Source of the DNA: an uncultured Gammaproteobacteria bacterium
GTDB taxonomy: Bacteria > Pseudomonadota > Gammaproteobacteria > PS1 > Pseudothioglobaceae
Reading direction: 5' to 3'
Assembly: GCA_913047325.1 (NCBI GenBank)
Contig: CAJWTP010000002.1
Location: forward strand, 20,181-84,180
Length of the DNA stretch: 64,000 nt
Shown here: positions 24,753 to 32,469 of the stretch, in pieces
Layout of the letters: each line of letters opens with the position of its first letter
How positions within the stretch are numbered: the first letter of the stretch is position 1
Program-made: the position numbers and the translations under genes
Notes under the pieces: model-generated
Database searches by the model: none
What the model was told of the DNA's origin: nothing
Seen by the model: only the letters and a program-made list of their open reading frames with translations

Positions 24753-25000
24753 TAGGACTATTAAGGACTAAGCAAATTTAATTAAGTATATAGTGAAAAT
24801 AGTTAAGGACTATGCTAAATTAAATGCAACTAATATGATCTGAAAGGGGACTATGCATTTAATTTTATATATCATTACTAAATTATTAGGAAAAAGATGT
24901 AATATACATTATTTAACATAATATAAATTATGCGAATTAAATAGCAGGCTCCAAATTCTCGATTTAAAAGGGGTTAAAATAAATAAAGATGGAACTAAGT
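24753..25000 (+). repeat. Dispersed RRGGACTAWGC-type motifs around dif
   Basis: TAGGACTATTA 24753, AAGGACTAAGC 24763, AAGGACTATGC 24805, GGGGACTATGC 24846, degenerate TGGAACTAAGT 24990. Confidence 0.7.
24911..24938 (-). other. dif: XerC/XerD dif recombination site
   Basis: Minus strand AATTCGCATAA-TTTATA-TTATGTTAAAT: perfect XerD arm, 6-bp spacer, XerC-like arm, intergenic. Confidence 0.92.
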
Positions 25001-25090
25001 GAAAAGAGAGCAATAATGCCTATATAGGCAATTTTGGAATAATAATTTTGAAATAGCTAAATAATTATAATGAGTATGAAAAGTCAGCAT

Positions 25091-25498
25091 TTAATTGTTT
25101 AATTTTATGCGTCGTTTAACAAATTTATTTGTAACTCTGTATTTTTGATTTGGACTCTTAGGTTTATCTGGAATTGTTAACTCAATAAAGCCATGATCAA
25201 TTAACGGATAAATAATTGCAAGCTTAAATTTTGTTTTGTTCGTTCTTCCTAGAATATTCATTAGCTCTACAGCAGTACTTTCCTTCTTACATTTTTTTAA
25301 AATTTTAAGATGGTCCCTACTTAGTCCCTGCTTAGTCCCTAAATCTATTCTTTCACTGTCATTATAATATAAAAAGGAAAGCTGCTCAGAGTCGAGGTCT
25401 ATAACTTTATTCTTTTTGATTTCTCGAGTCCAGTCGTTATCTTGCTGAATATTTTTTACTGGCTGTTGTTTTGGTTCTTTTTTTAGAAATTTGAACAT
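25091..25498 (-). CDS. Small protein with C-terminal winged-HTH of the type found at the end of Fic / RecG-like ATPase proteins
   Basis: ILKKC...ELMNILGRTNKTKFK..IIYPLID.GFIELTIPDKPKSPNQKYRVT; likely start MFKFLKK at 25498. Confidence 0.75.
   Translation of the reverse strand: MFKFLKKEPKQQPVKNIQQDNDWTREIKKNKVIDLDSEQLSFLYYNDSERIDLGTKQGLSRDHLKILKKCKKESTAVELMNILGRTNKTKFKLAIIYPLIDHGFIELTIPDKPKSPNQKYRVTNKFVKRRIKLNN
25308..25340 (-). repeat. 3 x 11-bp intragenic tandem repeat
   Basis: AGGGACTAAGC AGGGACTAAGT AGGGACCATCT encoding GTKQGLSRDH. Confidence 0.9.
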
Positions 25499-25604
25499 TA
25501 TATTTCTATGCAAACTTTATTGTGAGTCGTTTTAATTGTCTTTAAAACTAATTATATCTGATTTAAGTCGCTTTTAATTAACTATAAGAACCCTGTTCTA
25601 AGTC

Positions 25605-25635
25605 AAAAAAAAACCGCTAAATAGCGGCTTTTTTT
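25605..25635. terminator. Bidirectional intrinsic terminator downstream of aapP
   Basis: A-tract CCGCTA-AA-TAGCGG C T-tract. Confidence 0.8.
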
Positions 25636-25772
25636 ATTTAATAATACTTTGTTCAAGAACTTCCTCAGCTTGCTAGATCTATTTCATTTTTTGTGTAAAT
25701 AAAGCGTGACTAAACAACTAAACATTATTGTTAGTTTCAAAACTTCTATTAGTTCTTCCGAGTGTTATAGCT

Positions 25773-26528
25773 CTAGTGTGTAAGAATTTGTTTAAGGAAT
25801 AGCTTTAATCTATCAGATTCAGGGTTTTTAAAGAATTGTTCTGGATCGTTTTCCTCAACTATTTGCCCTTCATCCATAAAAATAATGCGATTTGCCACTT
25901 TTTTCGCAAATCCCATCTCGTGAGTGACACAAATCATCGTTATACCCTCTCTTGCTAGCTCAACCATTACATCTAGTACTTCTGATATCATTTCCGGATC
26001 AAGTGCTGATGTAGGCTCATCAAAAAGCATTATTTTCGGCGTTGTACATAATGATCTTGCTATTGCAACCCTTTGTTGTTGGCCGCCACTAAGCTGATTT
26101 GGGTATTTTTCTGCTTGGTCCTTAATGCCTACTCGATCTAAAAGTTTTAGAGCCTTTTCACGTGACTCCTCTTTTGTTTCATTGTGTACCCATATCGGTG
26201 CTAATGTTAGATTGTCTACTATTGATAGATGGGGAAATAGATTAAAATGTTGAAACACCATTGCGACTTCACTTCTAATTTTTCTGATTTTTTGTGCGTC
26301 ATCAGTCAACTCAGTGCCGTCTACAAGTATTCCACCCTCCTGGAACTTCTCCAGAAAGTTTACACATCTGATTAGTGTTGACTTTCCGCTACCTGAAGGT
26401 CCACAAACAACAATTATTTCACCCTCTTTAACATTCATGTTGATGTTTTTAAGTGCATGGAAGTCACCATACCATTTGTTCAATTCGCTTATTTCAATAA
26501 TATTTGATGCGTTATTTTCTGTTGTCAT
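25773..26528 (-). CDS. aapP: General L-amino acid ABC transporter ATPase
   Basis: [30 protein letters not shown]. Confidence 0.9.
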   Translation of the reverse strand: MTTENNASNIIEISELNKWYGDFHALKNINMNVKEGEIIVVCGPSGSGKSTLIRCVNFLEKFQEGGILVDGTELTDDAQKIRKIRSEVAMVFQHFNLFPHLSIVDNLTLAPIWVHNETKEESREKALKLLDRVGIKDQAEKYPNQLSGGQQQRVAIARSLCTTPKIMLFDEPTSALDPEMISEVLDVMVELAREGITMICVTHEMGFAKKVANRIIFMDEGQIVEENDPEQFFKNPESDRLKLFLKQILTH

Positions 26529-26543
26529 CTTTATTACCCTTTA

Positions 26544-27692
26544 TTAATTTATATTTTCAGTGTTAAAGCGTATCTCTAGCTTTCTTGAATAGCGAGACAT
26601 TGAGTATAATATCACCCAAAACACCATTGTAACAAATACATACCCTTCGGTCTCTCTTCCCAGCCAGTAAATGTCTTGACTCGTCATGTTTACCATTGCA
26701 AGCATATCCATCAAGCCAATGATGAGCACCAATGTTGTGTCCTTAAATAAGGAGATTGATGATCCGACAATATTTGGTATCGAAATTTTCAGTGCTTGAG
26801 GCAAAATAATGAGCACATTTTTTTGGAAATAACTCAGTCCAATTGAATCAGCAGCTTCATATTGACCTTTTGGAATTGCCTGTAGGCCTCCCCGTACAAC
26901 TTCTGCAAAATATGCAGCCTGGAAAAGTGCTATTCCGATCAAGGCTCTCAAAAGTTTATCGAAATTAGCGCCTGATTCAAGAAATAACGGAAGCACAAAT
27001 GAAGCCATAAAAAGAATCGTAATAAGTGGGACTCCGCGAATAAATTCAATAAAAAGTGTTGAAAAAAGTTTAATTACTCTTAAGTCAGACTGCCTTCCAA
27101 GCGCTAATACAACTCCTATCGGGAAAGAAATAATAATCCCAACGGAAGCGATTATAAGAGTTAGCAGCAAGCCACCCCATTGGTGTGTCTCAACAACCGG
27201 CAATAGACCAAAACCACCAGCAATTAAAATATATGAAACAATAGGATAAGTTACTATCATTGAAAGAATAACTCTGTTTTTGTATTTGTAGTTTCGAACT
27301 AAACGCACAATCACAATCAACAATGCTGTTAAACCATAAAATACATCTGGACGCCAGACTTCTTCACGCGGATAAAAACCGTATATAAACATGTATAGTT
27401 TTTCGTAAATAAATGGCCAACAGGCGGCCTCTCGACCACAACTATCATTGTCAGCCATGACCTCACTAAACTTAATATCAAATCCAAGGATATTGACAGT
27501 ACCAAAATTAAAGTTAGCGCTTAAGAACATCCAATCCAATAATGGCGGAATTGCGATGTAAAGTAAATAAAGTGACGCAAGCGTTAGAAACCCATTTATC
27601 CACGAGGAAAAGAGATTAGTCCTAAGCCATAGAACAGCTCCAATTTGAGATATTGGCGGCTTTCTAGTTGATTGTAGTTCGTTTACTGCCAT
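26544..27692 (-). CDS. aapM: General L-amino acid ABC permease
   Basis: WLRTNLFSSW, ACW, WGGLLLT, RGVPLIT, EVVRGGLQA. Confidence 0.88.
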   Translation of the reverse strand: MAVNELQSTRKPPISQIGAVLWLRTNLFSSWINGFLTLASLYLLYIAIPPLLDWMFLSANFNFGTVNILGFDIKFSEVMADNDSCGREAACWPFIYEKLYMFIYGFYPREEVWRPDVFYGLTALLIVIVRLVRNYKYKNRVILSMIVTYPIVSYILIAGGFGLLPVVETHQWGGLLLTLIIASVGIIISFPIGVVLALGRQSDLRVIKLFSTLFIEFIRGVPLITILFMASFVLPLFLESGANFDKLLRALIGIALFQAAYFAEVVRGGLQAIPKGQYEAADSIGLSYFQKNVLIILPQALKISIPNIVGSSISLFKDTTLVLIIGLMDMLAMVNMTSQDIYWLGRETEGYVFVTMVFWVILYSMSRYSRKLEIRFNTENIN

Positions 27693-27694
27693 AA

Positions 27695-28903
27695 TTAGCG
27701 TTCTGGGATAGCCATTCTATTGTTAACGAAATTCAATAATAATGAAATACAAAGCGAGATGAATAGATAAACTAGCATTGCCATTCCAAGAATTTCAACT
27801 GCTTGCCCTACCTGATTTAGAACAGTGCCACCAAAGGCCCCCATTAGTTCAGGATAGCCAATGGCTGTTGCCAGTGAAGAATTCTTAGTTAAGTTAAGGT
27901 ACTGATTAATAGTGGGTGGTATTGCAACCCTTAATGCCTGCGGCAGTACGATTAATTTAAGTGATTGTGTTTGAGTCAGCCCAATAGCTGCTGCAGCCTC
28001 TTTTTGACCCTTATCGACAGCCTCAATGCCTGACCTGATTGCCTCTGCTATATAGGTTGCTGTATAAACACTGAGAGCAAATGTGAGCGCTATGAATTCA
28101 GGCACAACTTGCATGCCTCCTTTTAGGTTAAATTTACCCAGTACTGCAAGATCAAAATGTAGCGGCGAACCAAGCAATAAAAAGAAGACTGCCGGGAGTC
28201 CGAGGATAAGCAACGTAGAGTAACCTAATGTTCTTGTGTATACACCAGTTTCATCGTGTTTTTTATTAAAGTAGCGCTTCATAAAAACAGTCAGAATAAT
28301 GCCAACTATAAAGGCTATTAGTACAAATAAGATGCCATCTTCTAAAATGGGCTTCGGTAAATAGAGGCCACGCTGATTGAGAAAAACTATATCGAAAAAA
28401 GAGAAACTCTTCTTAGGGTGCGGGAATATGTTTATGAAGATGTTATACCAAAAGAAAATTTGCAGAAGGACGGGAATATTTCTGAAAAGCTCTATGTACC
28501 CTCCTGCTAGCTTGGCTACCAAGTAGTTATTTGAAAGTCTGGCAATACCAATAAAAAGACCAAGAAAAGTTGCGACAATTATGCCAATAAATGCAACAAT
28601 TAAAGTATTTATGAGGCCAACATAAAAAACAGTTAAATTGCTTGATTCAGGGGTATAGTCTTGCAAATAGTTACCAAGAAATGGAAGAATGTCAAAGCCA
28701 GCCCTGTTCTTCAAAAAAGAGAAACCTGTATGGATTCCTCTTGCTTCGATATTGTCAAACAAATTACCAACTATTGTATAAAAAAGGCCAGCAATTAGTA
28801 GAAAAGTAGCGACCTGAAAGAAAAAGGCCCTGGCCTCGTTGTTATACAATAATTCCCTAAAAGTTAAGCCTTTGACTTGAGATAGAATGTTTTTCTGTTT
28901 CAT
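27695..28903 (-). CDS. aapQ: General L-amino acid ABC permease
   Basis: GFSFL...AGFDI, FRNIPVLLQ, LNLTKNSSLA.AIGYP. Confidence 0.88.
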   Translation of the reverse strand: MKQKNILSQVKGLTFRELLYNNEARAFFFQVATFLLIAGLFYTIVGNLFDNIEARGIHTGFSFLKNRAGFDILPFLGNYLQDYTPESSNLTVFYVGLINTLIVAFIGIIVATFLGLFIGIARLSNNYLVAKLAGGYIELFRNIPVLLQIFFWYNIFINIFPHPKKSFSFFDIVFLNQRGLYLPKPILEDGILFVLIAFIVGIILTVFMKRYFNKKHDETGVYTRTLGYSTLLILGLPAVFFLLLGSPLHFDLAVLGKFNLKGGMQVVPEFIALTFALSVYTATYIAEAIRSGIEAVDKGQKEAAAAIGLTQTQSLKLIVLPQALRVAIPPTINQYLNLTKNSSLATAIGYPELMGAFGGTVLNQVGQAVEILGMAMLVYLFISLCISLLLNFVNNRMAIPER

Positions 28904-28977
28904 AAATCTACAAGAATTACAAAAAAATTAAAAAAATTATAAACATTGTCTGATTTGGTCTGCAATTATTTATTTCT

Positions 28978-29031
28978 TTAATTCATCTGAATTCCAGAAT
29001 AATCTCCTTAATTCATCTGAATTCCAGAATA
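28978..29031. repeat. Two perfect 24-bp direct repeats, 30-bp period
   Basis: TTAATTCATCTGAATTCCAGAATA at 28978-29001 and 29008-29031. Confidence 0.9.
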
Positions 29032-29060
29032 GATTAAATAATAAGCTTTTTTATTTGAAT

Positions 29061-29095
29061 AAAAAAACCAGCCTGCTAAGTATAGCAGGCTGGTT
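29061..29095 (-). terminator. Intrinsic terminator after aapJ
   Basis: AACCAGCCTGCTA-loop-TAGCAGGCTGGTT stem followed by U7 on the minus strand. Confidence 0.9.
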
Positions 29096-29117
29096 CAAAG
29101 GTTAACTAGATAATTGC

Positions 29118-30125
29118 TTATCTAAATGGAGGCGAATAAAGAATACCGCCTTGAGTCCATAATGCGTTAACACCACGAGCAATGCCAATCGGTGTATTGA
29201 TACCGATATTACGCTCGAAGCTTTCAGAGTAGTTGCCAACCTGGCTTATGATGTTGTAAGTCCAGTCTGGAGTCAAACCCACGTATTCGTGTGTGTTTCC
29301 AGAACGACCCATTAAGCGCTCACGCTCAGGGTTGTTGGTGACATCATCAACAGTAGCACTAGTAACACCTAGCTCTTCAGCTGTGATCATTGCATTTAAA
29401 GACCATCTAACGATGTTAAACCATTGATCATCACCTTGACGTACTACAGGGCCAAGAGGCTCTTTAGAAATGATTTCAGGTAATACAACATGCTCTGACG
29501 GATCATTAGAAGCAGCGCGCATTGAATACAAACCTGATGCGTCAGTTGTTAATACATCACAACGTCCTGAATCATAGTTAGTCAAAGTCTGTGAATTAGT
29601 GTCTGAGACAACTGATTGGTAATCAATGCCATTTTGCTTGCCCCAGTCAGCTAGATTTAGCTCGGTAGTTGTGCCAGCCTGAATACAAACAGCCGCACCA
29701 CCAAGATCTAGAGCGCTAGAAACACCTAGAGAAGACTTAACCATAAAACCTTGACCGTCGTAATAGTTAACACCGGCAAAGTTTAATCCAAGAGATGCGT
29801 CACGAGTAATTGTCCAAGTAGTGTTTCTAGACAACATATCGATCTCACCTGATTGAAGTGCAGTAAATCTTTCTTTAGCTGTTAGTGGGACAAATTTAAC
29901 TTTTGTAGCATCGCCAAGTGTTGCAGCAGCAACAGCACGGCAAACGTCTACGTCAACACCTGTCCAGGTACCAGAAGAGTCAGCAGCAGAGAATCCTGCA
30001 AGACCTTTGGAAACACCACAAGTTACGTAGCCTTTACTTTGTACATCGCTTAATGTAGAAGCCTGCACTGCAAGAGCACCAGCCACTAGAATTGTTGCGA
30101 CGGACAATTTAACTAATTGTTTCAT
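29118..30125 (-). CDS. aapJ: General L-amino acid ABC substrate-binding protein
   Basis: DVDVCRAVAAA, RFTALQSGEID, RNTTWT, ISKEPLGP, GGILYSPPFR. Confidence 0.92.
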   Translation of the reverse strand: MKQLVKLSVATILVAGALAVQASTLSDVQSKGYVTCGVSKGLAGFSAADSSGTWTGVDVDVCRAVAAATLGDATKVKFVPLTAKERFTALQSGEIDMLSRNTTWTITRDASLGLNFAGVNYYDGQGFMVKSSLGVSSALDLGGAAVCIQAGTTTELNLADWGKQNGIDYQSVVSDTNSQTLTNYDSGRCDVLTTDASGLYSMRAASNDPSEHVVLPEIISKEPLGPVVRQGDDQWFNIVRWSLNAMITAEELGVTSATVDDVTNNPERERLMGRSGNTHEYVGLTPDWTYNIISQVGNYSESFERNIGINTPIGIARGVNALWTQGGILYSPPFR

Positions 30126-30485
30126 ATTTTCTCCTTATGAGTTTTAAAGATTTTCTCTATAAGAGAACATCAATCCATCACATCACATTTGCATGAGGAT
30201 TAGAAGAAGTTTATCATTAAACCAGCACAAAATTGAATATTTTTTACAAAAAAAACGAAATAGATTCTCCTTAAAAAATCGAGTTAATTCTTAGTTGTAT
30301 TCAGTATTAGTTGACCAAATTGATATCAATATTTCACAAAGAAAGTTTAGTTGAATTCAACATATAGAACATTCAAATTTAATTTTGACATCCAAATATT
30401 TGTTTGTTTGTTGTAATAGTCAACAATTTGTTGATATGATTGTATCCTTTAATAATTTAATTATAAATCAATTAGTTATATAGTT

Positions 30486-30568
30486 AATAGTTAATAAATA
30501 CAACTATTTAGTAGTGATAATTTAATTCAATATAGTTATTTAATACTTATAGTTGTAAAAAATAACTA
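30486..30568. promoter_or_regulatory. Pair of candidate operators TAGTTR-N7-YAACTA
   Basis: AATAGTTA-ATAAATA-CAACTATT (30486-30508) and TAGTTG-TAAAAAA-TAACTA (30550-30568). Confidence 0.55.
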
Positions 30569-30600
30569 AAATATACTTTAATTATAAAATATGAATTATT

Positions 30601-32469
30601 ATGAAAACTACAGAATATCTTGCAATGGTAAGAGAAAAAACCGGTTTATCAGACTATAGAATAGCTAAGGAATATGACATTAACCAGTCAAATCTAAGTA
30701 AATACAGCTCTGGAAAGGCTGCTTTGAGTGAAACTCATGCATGGTTATTTGCGAATATCCTTGATATTAACCCGGCCGAGGTCGTTGCTCACACCAAATT
30801 TGAACAGGCTATGATTGCTGGCAATAAATCGAAGGCTAAATTTTGGCAGGAGCAGTTAAATTTAATTTTTTCCACTGAATTGCCTATAAAAATACAAATC
30901 GCACAATTTAACCCTATTGTTGGCGATCTTATTAATAATGCTGAAAAAATTAAAGTTTTTGCTAACACTGCTGTTGAAACAAATGCTGATCTTGTTGTTT
31001 TGCCAGAGTTAGCTTTAACTGGCTACCCGCCAGAGGATTTATTGCTGAGAGATGGATTTATGGAGGAAGTTGAATTTCAAATTGATCGCTTGTGTAACGA
31101 ACTGCCTTCTTCGATAAGTGTACTCTTTGGAGCGCCTAGTCGTGATAATAACTCCCTATTTAATAGCGCGTACCTTATACGAAATAATTTTGTAAGCCAA
31201 ATTTATAATAAGCAAGAACTACCTAATTATGGTGTTTTCGACGAAAAAAGATACTTTAGCGCTGGAAACGATTTATGTGTTTTTGAATGTCGAAATACAA
31301 GAATTGGAGTGCTGATATGTGAAGACCAGTGGGTTGATGGACCCATTTCAAATCTCACTAAATTTGATATTGATATGGTTATCAGTATCAATGCATCTCC
31401 ATTTCAACATGGTAAATCTCAGGAAAGACTGGATTTGTGTAAAAAATATGCCTCAAGCTTCTGCGTCGAATATATCTATGTTAATTTAGTCGGCGGTCAG
31501 GATGAGATTGTTTTTGACGGCGGATCTTTTGTCTTGGACACTAATGGTTCAGTTGTTCAGCAGCTACCGACTTTTAAGGAATACAGTTGCCATCATAATG
31601 CCCCTAATGTAATTGTCGAAGCTGAAACTACCGAGAATGCAATTTATTCTGCCTTAGTGCTAGCTACAAGGGATTATGTTCATAAAAATAATTTTGAGGG
31701 TGTTGTTATTGGGCTTTCCGGCGGAATTGATTCTGCTCTAACTCTTTCTATAGCTGTCGATGCCATTGGGCCCGAAAATGTGCATGCAGTAATGATGCCC
31801 TATCAATTTACCTCTAACATAAGTCTTGAGGATTCTGAGCTGCAAGCAAATACTCAAGGAGTTAAATACTCTGTTATTGATATTAAGGAAATGGTAACTG
31901 CCTTTAATATGTCGTTAAATGAATTGTTTTTTGGGACAAATAGAGACACTACTGAAGAAAATATTCAAGCGAGGATTAGAGGTATCTTGTTGATGGCGAT
32001 TTCAAACAAGCACCATAAAATGGTTCTAAGTACCGGCAATAAGTCTGAAATGTCTGTCGGATATGCCACTCTTTATGGCGACATGTGTGGTGGCTTTTCG
32101 CCGCTTAAAGATATCTCCAAGACTATGGTTTATCGACTTGCGAACTACCGAAATACATTGTCAATGGTGATTCCGGACAGGGTTATTAGTAGACCGCCTT
32201 CCGCAGAACTTTCGCCTAATCAAGTCGACCAGGATTCACTCCCTCCTTATGACGTATTGGACGATATACTGATGCGATTTGTAGAAATGAAGCAGTCTGT
32301 CAATAGCATTATTGAGTCCGGACATGATGCAGATATCGTTAATAAGGTTACCGGAATGGTACTTAGAAATGAATACAAGCGCCGCCAATCTGCTCCTGGG
32401 CCAAAAATAAGCGGCAATGCTTTCGGTAAAGAGAGGCGCTACCCTATCACATCAAGGTTTCAGCCATGA
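30601..32469 (+). CDS. nadE: Glutamine-dependent NAD+ synthetase with N-terminal XRE/Cro-type HTH fusion
   Basis: aa ~1-90 HTH (SDYRIAKEYDINQSNLSKYSSGK); nitrilase triad PEL/KQELPNY/ICED; synthetase SGGIDS, ENIQARIR, GNKSE, KRRQS. Confidence 0.93.
   Translation: MKTTEYLAMVREKTGLSDYRIAKEYDINQSNLSKYSSGKAALSETHAWLFANILDINPAEVVAHTKFEQAMIAGNKSKAKFWQEQLNLIFSTELPIKIQIAQFNPIVGDLINNAEKIKVFANTAVETNADLVVLPELALTGYPPEDLLLRDGFMEEVEFQIDRLCNELPSSISVLFGAPSRDNNSLFNSAYLIRNNFVSQIYNKQELPNYGVFDEKRYFSAGNDLCVFECRNTRIGVLICEDQWVDGPISNLTKFDIDMVISINASPFQHGKSQERLDLCKKYASSFCVEYIYVNLVGGQDEIVFDGGSFVLDTNGSVVQQLPTFKEYSCHHNAPNVIVEAETTENAIYSALVLATRDYVHKNNFEGVVIGLSGGIDSALTLSIAVDAIGPENVHAVMMPYQFTSNISLEDSELQANTQGVKYSVIDIKEMVTAFNMSLNELFFGTNRDTTEENIQARIRGILLMAISNKHHKMVLSTGNKSEMSVGYATLYGDMCGGFSPLKDISKTMVYRLANYRNTLSMVIPDRVISRPPSAELSPNQVDQDSLPPYDVLDDILMRFVEMKQSVNSIIESGHDADIVNKVTGMVLRNEYKRRQSAPGPKISGNAFGKERRYPITSRFQP

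Noticed and set aside
25017-25030. Palindrome TGCCTATATAGGCA downstream of the wHTH gene
   Set aside because: Short stem with no convincing U-tract; function not supportable
25634-25690. Short minus-strand frame QAEEVLEQSIIK* just before the terminator
   Set aside because: Preceded by two in-frame TAG stops; too short to support as a gene or remnant
28978-29031. Possible mini-CRISPR array
   Set aside because: Only two repeats with a 6-bp spacer and no cas genes in the window
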